64,000 bases of DNA from an uncultured Actinomycetes bacterium (GCA_963742735.1 CAVUMN010000003.1:288001-352000), one strand, 5' to 3'; positions 42,238 through 52,572 are shown, counted from the stretch's first letter. Made by a program: numbers and translations. Notes: generated from the letters alone by a model not told the origin.

Positions 42238-43278
42238 ATGCAGGGGCGCGATCTCGCCATCGACCTCGGCACCGCCAATACGCTGGTGTACCGGCATCAG
42301 CAGGGGATCGTGTTCAACCAGCCGACGGTCATCGCCCTCAACTCCAAGAGCGGCGAGGTCCTGGCCATGGGCGACGACGCCTGGGAGATGATCGGGCGCA
42401 CCCCCGCCTACATCGTCGCCGTCCGCCCCCTTCGGCGGGGCGCCATCACCGACTTCGACATCACCCAGAGGATGATCAAGCTCATCCTCAAGCGGGTGGG
42501 GGTCACCCGCTTCGCCCGGCCGAGGGTCCTGATCTGCGTGCCGTCCGCGATCACCGAGGTCGAGCGCCGGGCGGTCGAGGAGGCGGCGACCTCGGCCGGG
42601 GCCCGGTCGGTGAGCCTGATCGAGGAGCCGATGGCCGCGGCCATCGGGGCGGGGCTCCCCATCCACGAGCCCGTCGGCAACCTTGTGGTGGACATCGGCG
42701 GTGGCACCTCGGAGATGGCCGTCGTGTCCATGGGCGGCCTGGTCACCAAGCGCGCCATCCGCGTGGGCGGGTTCGACCTTGATTCCTCGGTCCAGGCGCA
42801 CATCCGGCGGGAGTACGGCCTGGCCATCGGCGAGAAGACCGCCGAGCAGCTGAAGATCGCCATCGGCTCCGCGTACCCGACCTCCGAGTCGCGGACGGCG
42901 GAGATCCGGGGGCGCGAGGTGTCCACGGGGATGCCGAAGGTCGTCGAGCTCTCCGAGGACGAGATCCGGGAGGCCCTTTCCGAGAACGTTCGGATGATCG
43001 TGGAGGCCACCCGGCAATGCCTGTCCGAGTGCCCGCCCGAGCTCGCTCACGACGTGCTGGAGCGGGGAATCTTCCTGACCGGGGGCGGCGGCCTGCTCCG
43101 CGGGATCGAGGCCCGGCTGGCCCAGGAGTGCGAGGTGCCGGTGAACCTGACCGAGCAGCCCCTGGAGACCGTGGTGCTCGGCGCCGGCCGGCTGCTCGAC
43201 TACCTCCCCGACCTGGAGGGCAGCTTCTTCATGAGCCCGAGCGCCGGCGTGCACGGGCGTCTCGGCAAGCGCCGGTGA
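42238..43278 (+). CDS. mreB: MreB-like rod shape-determining protein
   Basis: IDLGTANTL, EEPMAAAIG, DIGGGTSE, LTGGGGLL. Confidence 0.9.
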   Translation: MQGRDLAIDLGTANTLVYRHQQGIVFNQPTVIALNSKSGEVLAMGDDAWEMIGRTPAYIVAVRPLRRGAITDFDITQRMIKLILKRVGVTRFARPRVLICVPSAITEVERRAVEEAATSAGARSVSLIEEPMAAAIGAGLPIHEPVGNLVVDIGGGTSEMAVVSMGGLVTKRAIRVGGFDLDSSVQAHIRREYGLAIGEKTAEQLKIAIGSAYPTSESRTAEIRGREVSTGMPKVVELSEDEIREALSENVRMIVEATRQCLSECPPELAHDVLERGIFLTGGGGLLRGIEARLAQECEVPVNLTEQPLETVVLGAGRLLDYLPDLEGSFFMSPSAGVHGRLGKRR

Positions 43279-44129
43279 CGTTCTCGATCGTCGCGTTCGA
43301 TGCCGCGAACGGCGACCTGGGCGTTGCGGTCGCGTCGAGGTTCCCCGCGGTTGGCGTGGTCGTCCCGTGGGCGCGAGCGGGCGTCGGCGCCGTGGCCACC
43401 CAGGCGTGGGCGCTGACGTCGTACGGGCCCGACGGCCTCGCCCTCATGGGCGCCTCGAACTGCTCGGCTCCCGTCGCCCTCGAGCGGCTGGTGGAGGCCG
43501 ACGCGCGCCACGACGACCGGCAGGTGGGCATGGTGGATGCGGCCGGTCGGGCCGCGACGTTCACCGGCACCAAGTGCATGGACTGGGCCGGCGGCCGCAC
43601 CGGGGAGGGGTACGCCGCCCAGGGCAACATCCTGGCCGGGCCGGGCGTGGTCGACGCGATGTGCGCGGCGTTCGAGTCCACCGAGGGGGATCTCGTCGAC
43701 CGCCTGCTGGCGGCCGTGCTGGCCGGGGACGTCGCCGGCGGTGATCGCCGGGGGAAGCAGTCGGCGGCGCTCCTGGTGGTTCGGGAGCGGGGAGGGTACG
43801 AGGGCGCCACGGATCGGTACGTGGATCTCCGTGTGGACGACCACCCCGAGGCTCCCTTGGAGCTGGCCCGGGTCTTCGAGGTGTACGACCGGGAGATGCT
43901 GATCCGCAACGACCCGCTGCTGGCCGCGACGCCGGACCTGGTGGCGGACCTCCAGCGGCGACTGGCCGCCCTCGGCCGATTCGCGGGCGAGGACACCGGC
44001 GAATACGACGAGCTCACCCGCGACGCCATCGCCTCGTTCGCCGGCGAGTACAACCTTGAGGGCCGCCTGCGCGAGGACGACCAGATCTCCGACACGCTGG
44101 TACGGGAGATCCGCGACCTGACGCCCTGA
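43275..44129 (+). CDS. DUF1028 (Ntn-hydrolase) protein with peptidoglycan-binding domain
   Basis: TFSIVA, GAVATQ, QGNIL, GGDRRGKQSAAL, DLRVDDH. Confidence 0.9.
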   Translation: MTFSIVAFDAANGDLGVAVASRFPAVGVVVPWARAGVGAVATQAWALTSYGPDGLALMGASNCSAPVALERLVEADARHDDRQVGMVDAAGRAATFTGTKCMDWAGGRTGEGYAAQGNILAGPGVVDAMCAAFESTEGDLVDRLLAAVLAGDVAGGDRRGKQSAALLVVRERGGYEGATDRYVDLRVDDHPEAPLELARVFEVYDREMLIRNDPLLAATPDLVADLQRRLAALGRFAGEDTGEYDELTRDAIASFAGEYNLEGRLREDDQISDTLVREIRDLTP

Positions 44130-44132
44130 CCG

Positions 44133-44480
44133 TTACGGCTCGGTGAGCCGGCTGGCCAGGGCCTGGTTCACGAAGTGGGCCACCATCCAGACCGCACCCG
44201 CCCCGAACCCGGCGAGGCCGGCGACGAGGACCACGAGACGCACGACCGACCATCCGCGACGCGGCGGCTCCACCGGCGTGGGTTGGAACGCGATCGACGA
44301 GGCTGCGAGGGGGATGCCGGCGTCCGTTACCGGGAGCGCCGTCACCTCGAAGGCATCCTCGAAGCGAACCCGGCGGCGTTCCCGGCGGCCTCGGGGGAGT
44401 CCCGAGGGGCCGAGCGTGAGCCGCCAGACGACGGCGCCGGCGATGCCCGTGGCCAGGAGCAGGACGACCAGTTCCTTCAC
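44133..44480 (-). CDS. hypothetical membrane protein
   Basis: N- and C-terminal TM segments; TACGCT -10 upstream of GTG. Confidence 0.55.
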   Translation of the reverse strand: MKELVVLLLATGIAGAVVWRLTLGPSGLPRGRRERRRVRFEDAFEVTALPVTDAGIPLAASSIAFQPTPVEPPRRGWSVVRLVVLVAGLAGFGAGAVWMVAHFVNQALASRLTEP

Positions 44481-44574
44481 GCAGCGCAGCGTACCTCCCG
44501 TTCGAGCGCGATCCGAGCAGCGGCCTCGGCGTCGTCCGGGCGTCGCCCGACGCGCGGTGCCGTAGCCTGCGGCC

Positions 44575-45567
44575 GTGAACGACGGCGTACGTCGGGTGCT
44601 CGCGCTCGTCCCGGTCCTCGCCGCGGCGGTCGTGTTGGCGGCGGTGCCGCTGCCGTTGTTCGCCGTGGCCCCGGGACCGGCCCGCGACGTCGTGCCCCTC
44701 ATTCAGATCGAGGGCCATCGGACCTACGAGCCGTCGGGCGATCTGCTGCTGACGACGGTCACCGTCAACCACTCCACCGCCTTCGAGGCCCTCAGGGGAT
44801 GGCTGGACGAGTTCTCCGACATCGTCCCTGAGCGGCTGATCCTTCCTCCGGGCCTGACGGAGGAGGAGGAGGACCAGATCTCGCGCTCCCAGATGGACGA
44901 GAGCAAGCTGACCGCGGCCGCCGTGGCGCTGGCCCGGGTCACCGACTATCCCCAGCGGCACGGCTCCGGAGCGCTGGTCCGCCGCGTCCAGGCCGGCTCG
45001 CCCGCCGACGGCCGACTCTTCCCGGGCGACCTGATCGAACGGGTCGACGGGACGGCCGTCGGCTCGGTCGAGGACGTCGGCCGCTTGGTTCGCGCTGCAG
45101 GGATCGGCCGCCGGGTGAGCGTCGTGGTTCGCGTGGAGGACCAGACCCGGACGGTCCGGCTCCGGCCGCGCGAGCTGGAGCCCGACGGCGCGCCGAAGAT
45201 CGGAGTGGAGCTGCTGGAGAGCTTCCCGTTCCACCTGCTGATCGAGAGCGGAGACATCGGAGGGCCGTCGGCGGGGTTGATGTGGACGATCGGCGTCATC
45301 GACCTGCTGACCCCGGGCGACCTCACCGGAGGTCGCCGCATCGCCGGCACCGGGACGATCGAGGTGGACGGCAACGTCGGTCCGATCGGGGGCATCGGGC
45401 AGAAGATCGTCGCCGCGGACCGGGCGGGTGCGGACGCCTTCCTCGTGCCCCGTGCCGACATGGCGGCGGCTCGGGAGGCCCAGACGGACCTGGAGCTCGT
45501 GCCGATCGACGACCTCGAGGATGCACTCGACTACCTGGTGTCCACGTGCGACTGTCAAGGGCTCTGA
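44575..45567 (+). CDS. YlbL family PDZ/Lon (S16) protease
   Basis: IGGPSAGLM, IAGTGTI, VGPIGGIGQK. Confidence 0.9.
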   Translation: MNDGVRRVLALVPVLAAAVVLAAVPLPLFAVAPGPARDVVPLIQIEGHRTYEPSGDLLLTTVTVNHSTAFEALRGWLDEFSDIVPERLILPPGLTEEEEDQISRSQMDESKLTAAAVALARVTDYPQRHGSGALVRRVQAGSPADGRLFPGDLIERVDGTAVGSVEDVGRLVRAAGIGRRVSVVVRVEDQTRTVRLRPRELEPDGAPKIGVELLESFPFHLLIESGDIGGPSAGLMWTIGVIDLLTPGDLTGGRRIAGTGTIEVDGNVGPIGGIGQKIVAADRAGADAFLVPRADMAAAREAQTDLELVPIDDLEDALDYLVSTCDCQGL

Positions 45568-45635
45568 GCGTGCCTGGGCGCTCCTGAGGGGGCGGAGGCC
45601 GGGCGTATACTCGGAGCGCCTCTGAGCCGGGTGAC

Positions 45636-48299
45636 ATGACCTCCACAACGCTGCTACCGCTGCATTTCGCGTCCCATCTGTTCACGCTCGTCGTGGCTAC
45701 GGCCGCCGCGTTCGTGCTGGCCGGGCGCCAGTTCGGAACACGCCCGACGCGGCTCGCGGGCGGGCTCGGGTTCCTGACGCTGGCCGTCTACGAGGCCCTG
45801 CACGGATCGGCCCTGCTGGGGGAGACGTCGGCCGTGGGCGCCTACGTCCGCACGGCCGGATACGCGCTGATCGTCGGGTCGTCGGTCCTGTCCCGCGGCA
45901 CCTCGCTCGCCGGGGTGGCGCTCGTGGCGCCCGTGCAGGCGATGGCCCCGGCGGCGGCGGCCCTCGCCGGGGGGTTCGGGCTCGCGTGGCACTCGGACCG
46001 GGACCGGGTCCACCTGGCGCTCGCTGCCGGCCTGGTGATGATCGGGGCGGGGGAGACCCTCCTGGCGCTCTCGGAGACCGGTACCGAGGGCGCCGTCGTC
46101 CTGTCGCACGCCGCCAGGTTCCTCGGATGGGGGTTGGTGGCCGCGGGCGTCATGTCCGCCAGTCGCAAGAGCATCCGGTTCCGGTTCGTCGCCTCGTTCG
46201 CCGCCGTCCTGCTGGTGGTGGTCCTGGCCGTCTCCTCCGCCATCACGCGCGTCATCGGGGACAACCTCCGCTCGGGGGCGGCGGCCCGCGTGGCCGATCA
46301 GACCCAAGCGCTCGATGAGCGGTTCGAGCCGCAAGCGCTTGAGGCCGTCCAGCGTGCGTTCACCGCGGCGGACGGGTTCGCCAGCGCTGTGCAGGTCTCG
46401 GACCTGCCGGACAAGGAGCTGTACCGCGGGCTGCTCGAGGCGATCAACTCTCTGCTGGCCGACGTCGACTTCATGCTCGCGGTGGGTCCGAACAACGAGG
46501 TGCTCGCCCGGCGCGGTGTGAGCGCGGCGACCGCGGTCGAGCTGGCCGGATCGGACGTGACCCGTGAGGCCCTCGGCGGCCGGTTGTCCGCCTCGCTGGA
46601 CGCGTTGAACGACATCGACCTGGCGGTGTTCGGCGCCGCTCCGCTGCGGTCGCCATCCCTGCCGGGCGCGATCCTGGTCGGCTATCGGGTCGACACGGGC
46701 CGGCTGGAGCTGTTCGCCCCCGGCACCCCCGCCTTCGTGGTCCGGGGACTGGTCATCTCGGCCTCCACCGTCGAGGGCGTCCTGCCGAAGACGCTGGTCC
46801 CCGAGCCCCTCGCGTCGCGAATCGAGACCGAGGCCGTCCAGCGGGGCGAGGCGTTCGGCACGACGGCGAACCTGGGGGGCACGGACTACTTCGTGTCGGT
46901 GCGACCGATGCTCCGTACGGACGGCCGTCCGGTCGGTGCCCTGGTCGGCGTCGAGCCCTCGGAGATCCTGGCCGCCACGGAGCGGGGCGTGAATCGGGTC
47001 CTGTTCGTGGTCTCGCTCATCGCGGTGGCCGTCGCCATCCTGCTGTCCCTGTTGTTCGGCCGAAGGTTCACCCGGCCGGTGCGCCAGCTCACCGCGGCGG
47101 CCCGCCGCGTCCAGGCCGGTGACCTCTCGACCAAGGCTCCCGTATCGGGCGAGGACGAGGTGGGGGACCTGGCGGTGGCGTTCAACCGGATGACCGAGTC
47201 GTTGTCGGAGACCACCGCCTCGCTGCGGGACTCGGTCGAGCAGGAGGCGCGCGTCCGCGACCAGCTCGAGACGGTGCTGAACTCGATGGGCGACGGCCTG
47301 ATCGCGGTGGACGGCTCGGGCAAGGTCGTGACCATCAACCCGGCGGCAGAGCGCATCGCGGGCATCACCGGAAGCCGGGCGGTGGGACGCGGCCTGTCGG
47401 AGGTCCTCGTCGGCCGCACGCGAGAGGGCCGCGCGTTGTCCACGAAGGAGAACCCTTCCGGCTTCGCGTTGCTTCGCCGGAAGGGGGCCGAGGTTCCCGT
47501 GGCGATCTCATCCGCGCCCATCCGGGGCGGTGGCGACGAGCTCCTGGGCCGGGTCTACGTGATCCGCGACCGCAGCCAGGAGGCGGAGGTCGAGCGGGTC
47601 AAGCGAGAGTTCCTGGCCACGGTCTCGCACGAGCTCCGGACGCCCCTGACCCCGATCGTCGGCTACTCGGAGCTCCTCACCCGCCGGGACTTCGACGCCA
47701 CCCGGGTGACCGAGTTCGCCCGGGGGATCCTGGGCTCGGCACGGCGGATGGAGCGCATCGTCGGGATGCTCCTCGACTACTCCGCGATCGAGGCCGGCCG
47801 TATGCCGGTGGAGCCCGAGGCGGTCCAGCTGAAGCCGCTGGTCGCAAAGGTCATCGACGAGTGGCGTCCGCGGGCCCCGTCGCACGAGTTCGTTACCAGG
47901 TTCGCCACGTCGCCGCATGCGTTGATTGACGTACCGTTGTTCCGCAGAACTATGGACGAACTTCTGGACAACGCGGTGAAATACTCGCCCGACGGTGGGA
48001 CGATCACCGTCTCGGTGCGGCCCAACGGGCGTATCAACGGGAAGGCGGCGGTACAGGTGGAGGTTGCCGACCAGGGGATCGGGATCCCGGCGAAGCAGCT
48101 CCCGCGCGTCTTCCAGGACTTCCGGCAGATCGACGGCTCCGATACCCGGGCGTTCGGCGGCCTCGGCCTCGGCCTCGCCTTCGTGAAGCGCATCGTTCAG
48201 GCCCACCGCGGAACGATTACGGCGGAGAGCCGCCCGGGCAAGGGCACGACGTTCAAGATCGGGCTCCCGGCGGCCGAAGCGAGATCTCGAAGACCATGA
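45636..48299 (+). CDS. membrane sensor histidine kinase (multi-TM, HAMP, PAS, HisKA, HATPase)
   Basis: DEVGDLAVAFNRM, SHELRTPL, NAVKYS, DQGIGI, GLGLGL. Confidence 0.93.
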   Translation: MTSTTLLPLHFASHLFTLVVATAAAFVLAGRQFGTRPTRLAGGLGFLTLAVYEALHGSALLGETSAVGAYVRTAGYALIVGSSVLSRGTSLAGVALVAPVQAMAPAAAALAGGFGLAWHSDRDRVHLALAAGLVMIGAGETLLALSETGTEGAVVLSHAARFLGWGLVAAGVMSASRKSIRFRFVASFAAVLLVVVLAVSSAITRVIGDNLRSGAAARVADQTQALDERFEPQALEAVQRAFTAADGFASAVQVSDLPDKELYRGLLEAINSLLADVDFMLAVGPNNEVLARRGVSAATAVELAGSDVTREALGGRLSASLDALNDIDLAVFGAAPLRSPSLPGAILVGYRVDTGRLELFAPGTPAFVVRGLVISASTVEGVLPKTLVPEPLASRIETEAVQRGEAFGTTANLGGTDYFVSVRPMLRTDGRPVGALVGVEPSEILAATERGVNRVLFVVSLIAVAVAILLSLLFGRRFTRPVRQLTAAARRVQAGDLSTKAPVSGEDEVGDLAVAFNRMTESLSETTASLRDSVEQEARVRDQLETVLNSMGDGLIAVDGSGKVVTINPAAERIAGITGSRAVGRGLSEVLVGRTREGRALSTKENPSGFALLRRKGAEVPVAISSAPIRGGGDELLGRVYVIRDRSQEAEVERVKREFLATVSHELRTPLTPIVGYSELLTRRDFDATRVTEFARGILGSARRMERIVGMLLDYSAIEAGRMPVEPEAVQLKPLVAKVIDEWRPRAPSHEFVTRFATSPHALIDVPLFRRTMDELLDNAVKYSPDGGTITVSVRPNGRINGKAAVQVEVADQGIGIPAKQLPRVFQDFRQIDGSDTRAFGGLGLGLAFVKRIVQAHRGTITAESRPGKGTTFKIGLPAAEARSRRP

Positions 48300-49489
48300 A
48301 CACGACCTCGAAGCGCCTCGTCGCCCTCCTCGCCTGCGTGGCGGTGATCGGGGCGGGCTGTGCCGGCTCCTCCGGCCCCGATCCGGTGGGCACCCTGACG
48401 CCGTTGTCGGGCACCGTCGAGATCCTGCGGGGTGAGGCCTGGGAGGTGGTCACCGATCCCCTCGAGCTCGCCCCGGGCGACCAGGTCCAGGCCAGCGAGA
48501 ACGGGGCGGCCCGGTTGCAGGTGTCCGATGCCGGCTCGATCGAGATCGGGCCGTCCAGCCGGGTCCGGCTGAAATCGAACGGGTCCGAGCTCATGCAGGG
48601 CGCGGCCCTCGCGCAGGGATCGGGGTTCGAGCTGAGCCTGGGCCGAACCACGATCTCGCCCATGGACACGGCCGCCTTCAGGGTCGACCGGGGCCTGTCC
48701 ACGACGGTCGGCGTCTATCGCGGCGTCGCGGAGATCTCCGCGCTCGGCAACCCGGTGCAGGTCGACGCCCTGTGGCAGGCGGTGATCGTCGCCAACGCGG
48801 TGCCCACGGACCCCTCGCCGCTGGTGGTCTCGCCCACCGACGCGTGGGATCAATTGATGCTCGAGGACGCGATCGACGTCGGCCTCCGGCTCCGCCGGAT
48901 CGAGCTCGGCGTCCGGGGGCAGCTCGATCGCCGGGCCGGGGCGGCCGAGCTCGTGGCCGAGGCCATGCCCGCTCCGCTGGCCCCGCAGCGGGTCCGGTCC
49001 CTGATCCGCGAGCACTCGGCCGGTGTCGGTACCGTCTTCGTGGCCCTCGCGCTGGCCACCGAGTCCGCGTCGCCGGGCGGCCTCCTTCGTACCACGAACA
49101 CGATCCTGCACCGGCTCGAGCTGGGGGCCTCCTGGATCGTGGTGGTCGCGGCGCTCGATGTGGCCCGGCCCAACCTCCTGACGGCGATCGCCCGGATCCT
49201 CGCCGCGATCCCGGGCCTGATCGATCCGGACGCAATCGTGAACGACCCCACCAGCGATCCGGGCGGCGAACCGAGTCCGAACGACCCAAGCCCGCCGGGC
49301 GGCTGCACCGGCGACGACTGTCCGCCGAGCCCGGATCCGAGCCCCACCCCCTGTCCGGAGGGCGACGACGCCTGCGCGGCGCAGGAGGCCGTGAACCAGG
49401 TCATCGAGGACATCACCGGGGGCCTGGGCGGCCGCAACGAGCCGGAGCCGACGCCGACGCCGACCCTCCCGCCGCTCATCAAGCTCTGA
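48296..49489 (+). CDS. lipoprotein with FecR-like beta domain
   Basis: Lipobox GAGC; LAPGDQV..ARL..SIEIGPSSRV; Pro-rich tail; ATGA overlap with kinase stop. Confidence 0.6.
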   Translation: MNTTSKRLVALLACVAVIGAGCAGSSGPDPVGTLTPLSGTVEILRGEAWEVVTDPLELAPGDQVQASENGAARLQVSDAGSIEIGPSSRVRLKSNGSELMQGAALAQGSGFELSLGRTTISPMDTAAFRVDRGLSTTVGVYRGVAEISALGNPVQVDALWQAVIVANAVPTDPSPLVVSPTDAWDQLMLEDAIDVGLRLRRIELGVRGQLDRRAGAAELVAEAMPAPLAPQRVRSLIREHSAGVGTVFVALALATESASPGGLLRTTNTILHRLELGASWIVVVAALDVARPNLLTAIARILAAIPGLIDPDAIVNDPTSDPGGEPSPNDPSPPGGCTGDDCPPSPDPSPTPCPEGDDACAAQEAVNQVIEDITGGLGGRNEPEPTPTPTLPPLIKL

Positions 49490-49545
49490 GTCACCCCGGC
49501 ACCTAGTCCCCGCCCGATCGGTGGGGCTTTGCTACGCTGCGGAGA

Positions 49546-52395
49546 ATGTCCCAGGTTGCTCGCATGCCACGGCCCAGGCGGCGATGGCCCGTCATCGCGA
49601 TCTCCGGTGGTGTCGGAGCCCTGATCGTCCTCGGCGGCCTGTCGGGCTTCTACACCAACCTCCTGTGGTTCAGGGAGGACGCGAAGCTCTCGTCCGTCTT
49701 CTGGGGGGTGTTCTGGTCCAAGGCCGTGCTGATCGCCGTCTTCGGCGCGGTGTTCTTCGCGCTGCTCTACGCGAACCTGCTGATCGTCAAGCGCTTCGCC
49801 CCCCGCTACCGCCTCTTCTCGCCCGAACAGGAGGTCGTCGACCGGTTCAAGGGGCAGATCGATCCGTACATGAATTGGTTGCTCCCGGGCGTGTCGCTGC
49901 TGTTCGCCGCGTTCGCCGCGCTCGGGGTCACCGGCCTGTGGGAGCGGTTCCTGCTGTGGCGCCACGGCGGGGAGGTCGCGTTCGGGCAGATCGACCCCCT
50001 GTTCGGTCGCGATCTCGGGTTCTACGTCTTCAAGCTGCCGTTCCAGCACTTCGTGCAGAGCTGGCTGTTCTCGTCGCTGGTCGTGATCACCATCGTCACC
50101 GCGGTCGCCTACTACCTGTGGGGCGGCATCCGGTTCCAGGCGATCGGCGAGAAGGTCACGCCGACGGTCAAGGCCCACCTATCGGTACTCCTGGGAATCA
50201 TCGTGCTCGTCAAGGCTTGGGGATACCGGCTGGGGCAGTTCGACCTGCTCACCTCCGAGCGAGGGGTGGTGACGGGCGCGTCCTATACCGACGTCAAGGC
50301 TCAGCTGCCGGCCCTTCGCATCCTGGTCCCGATCGCGATCGTGTGCGCCGTGCTGTTCCTGGTGAACATCAGGTTCCGTGGCTGGGCCCTGCCCGCCATC
50401 GGGATCGGGCTTCTGGGGCTGACCTCGATCATCGCCGGCGGCGCGTACCCGGCCTTCGTCCAGAACTTCCAGGTCAAGCCGCAGGAGCTGCAGCGGGAGT
50501 CCGAGTACATTGATCGAAACCTGGAGTTCACCAACCGCGCCTACGGGCTGGACGGGATCAAGACCAGCCCGTTCCAGGTCGACGAGGACCTCACGGCCCA
50601 GGAGGTGCAGGACAACCCCGCCACGATCAGCAACATCCGGCTGTGGGATCCGCTCACGCTCCAGCGCGGGTTCCGCCAGCTCCAGCAGATCAAGCCCTAC
50701 TACACGTTCGACGACGTCGACGTGGACCGGTACACGCTCGAGAACGGGCAGCGCCGGGTGGTCATGGTCTCCGGCCGGGAGATCCAGCAGTCGGGGGTGC
50801 CCGCCGCGAACCAGTCGTGGCAGAACCTGCACCTGTTCTACACGCACGGGTACGGATACGTGGCCAGCCGGGTCGACCGGGTGACGTCCGAGGGGCAGCC
50901 CGACTTCGTGGTGAAGGACATCCCTCCGGCCTCGGTCCCCAGCGAGGACTTCGAGGTGACCGAGCCCCCCGGACCGAGGATCTACTTCGGCGAGCACGAC
51001 GACGAGGAGTTCGTCGTGGCCCGCACCGGGCAGGAGGAGTTCGACCGGCCGGAGGGCACCGGACAGGGCGAGGATGCCACCGTCGTCTACGAGGGCGACG
51101 GGGGCGTCGAGGTCGGTGGGTTCTTCCGGAAGCTCGCCCTGGCGTGGAGGTTCCGCGACGTGAACCTGCTGATCTCGGGCCTGATCAAGCCGGACTCCAA
51201 GATCATGTACCACCGCACCATCCGGGACCGGGTCGAGAAGGTCGCGCCCTTCCTGAAGTTCGACCACGACCCCTACATGGCGGTGGTCGACGGCCGGCTC
51301 ACCTGGATCTGGGACGCTTACACCCACTCCAACGAGTACCCGTACTCACAGCGCCTGGAGCTGCAGAACGTGTCCGACCTCGAGGGTGAGGTCAACTACC
51401 TTCGCAACTCCGTGAAGGTGACGATCGACGCCTACGACGGGACGTTGCGGTTCTACGTGATCGACCCGACGGATCCGGTCATCCAGGCGTGGCAGGCCGC
51501 CTTCCCGGACCTGTTCACCCCGGACGAAGAGGTCAGCCCGAACCTGCGGGAGCACTTCCGCTACCCCGAGGACCTGTTCAAGATCCAGGCCGCGCAGTAC
51601 GCGCAGTACCACGTGCAGAGCGCGACCGACTTCTACTCCGGCCGCGACTTCTGGGCCCTGCCTCAGGATCCCGACCCGACGAAGACGAACGCCGAGACCC
51701 TCGACCCCTACTACGTGCTCATGCGGCTCCCGGGGGAGGAGCAAGAGGAGTTCGTGCTGTTCATCCCGTTCACCCCCAACGACCGCCCGAACATGATCGC
51801 CTGGTTCGCCGCCAAGTCCGACCCCGAGGGCTACGGGGAGCTCACCGCGTTCGACTTCCAGGCGGGCCAGAGCATCGACGGCCCGAAGCAGGTGTTCCAG
51901 CGGATCAACGCCGACACGGAGGTGTCGCGGGAGCGGACGCTGCTCGGGCAGAGCGGCTCCAACGTCCTCTTCGGGAACCTCCTGACGATCCCCATCGAGA
52001 ACTCGTTCCTGTACGTCCAGCCGATGTACATCGAGGCCAGTTCGAGCTCGGACCAGCAGGGCGCCATCCCGGAGCTCAAGCGGGTCATCCTCGTCCACGG
52101 AGAGACGGTGACCATCGCCGAGACGCTGCAGGAGGCCCTCGAGGCGTCGTTCGGCGAGGGCGGCGAGGAGCCTCCGCCGGAGGAGCCGGGTGTCGACCAG
52201 ACGATCCAAGAGCTCCTCCAGGAGGCTCTGCAGCACTTCCGCAACGCCGAGCAGGCCCTGCGTGACGGCGACCTGGCCGAGTACCAGACCGAGCTGGCCG
52301 CGGCCCGCGCCGCGGTCGAGGAGGCCGCGCAGCGCTCCGCGGAGGCCTCGGGCGAGGAGCCGGCGCCCACCCCGACCGCTTCCCCGAGCGGCTGA
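49546..52395 (+). CDS. UPF0182 family membrane protein
   Basis: DPLFGRDLGFYVFKLP, NIRLWDP, DVDRY, YTHGYG, NYLRNSVK, YPEDLF, GNLLTIP. Confidence 0.95.
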   Translation: MSQVARMPRPRRRWPVIAISGGVGALIVLGGLSGFYTNLLWFREDAKLSSVFWGVFWSKAVLIAVFGAVFFALLYANLLIVKRFAPRYRLFSPEQEVVDRFKGQIDPYMNWLLPGVSLLFAAFAALGVTGLWERFLLWRHGGEVAFGQIDPLFGRDLGFYVFKLPFQHFVQSWLFSSLVVITIVTAVAYYLWGGIRFQAIGEKVTPTVKAHLSVLLGIIVLVKAWGYRLGQFDLLTSERGVVTGASYTDVKAQLPALRILVPIAIVCAVLFLVNIRFRGWALPAIGIGLLGLTSIIAGGAYPAFVQNFQVKPQELQRESEYIDRNLEFTNRAYGLDGIKTSPFQVDEDLTAQEVQDNPATISNIRLWDPLTLQRGFRQLQQIKPYYTFDDVDVDRYTLENGQRRVVMVSGREIQQSGVPAANQSWQNLHLFYTHGYGYVASRVDRVTSEGQPDFVVKDIPPASVPSEDFEVTEPPGPRIYFGEHDDEEFVVARTGQEEFDRPEGTGQGEDATVVYEGDGGVEVGGFFRKLALAWRFRDVNLLISGLIKPDSKIMYHRTIRDRVEKVAPFLKFDHDPYMAVVDGRLTWIWDAYTHSNEYPYSQRLELQNVSDLEGEVNYLRNSVKVTIDAYDGTLRFYVIDPTDPVIQAWQAAFPDLFTPDEEVSPNLREHFRYPEDLFKIQAAQYAQYHVQSATDFYSGRDFWALPQDPDPTKTNAETLDPYYVLMRLPGEEQEEFVLFIPFTPNDRPNMIAWFAAKSDPEGYGELTAFDFQAGQSIDGPKQVFQRINADTEVSRERTLLGQSGSNVLFGNLLTIPIENSFLYVQPMYIEASSSSDQQGAIPELKRVILVHGETVTIAETLQEALEASFGEGGEEPPPEEPGVDQTIQELLQEALQHFRNAEQALRDGDLAEYQTELAAARAAVEEAAQRSAEASGEEPAPTPTASPSG

Positions 52396-52406
52396 TAGAC
52401 TCGCTC

Positions 52407-52480
52407 TGCGGGGTGGAGCAGTCAGGTAGCTCGCTGGGCTCATAACCCAGAGGTCACAGGTTCAAATCCTGTCCCCGCGA
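52407..52480 (+). tRNA. initiator tRNA-fMet (CAT), CCA not encoded
   Basis: Cloverleaf; anticodon arm CTGGG-CTCATAA-CCCAG with three G-C pairs; T arm ACAGG-TTCAAAT-CCTGT. Confidence 0.97.
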
Positions 52481-52484
52481 CAAA
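52439..52484 (+). repeat. attL, 46-bp direct repeat
   Basis: Identical to 61792-61837. Confidence 0.95.
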
Positions 52485-52554
52485 GGAAACCGCAGGTCAG
52501 AGCGCCTGCGAGCGGATAGCCGGCCCTCGGAGACCACGGTCCCGGGGGCCGATC

Positions 52555-52572
52555 TGCAAACAGATTGCAAAC
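52555..52572 (+). promoter_or_regulatory. putative integrase arm-type sites TGCAAAC-N4-TGCAAAC
   Basis: The same doublet recurs at 61655-61672 near attR. Confidence 0.7.

Noticed and set aside
47880-47990. AT-richer patch inside the kinase gene as a foreign insert
   Set aside because: The reading frame and HATPase motifs continue normally; the patch is too short to interpret
49240-49470. Pro/Ser/Asp tandem repeats
   Set aside because: Ordinary low-complexity linker inside a lipoprotein
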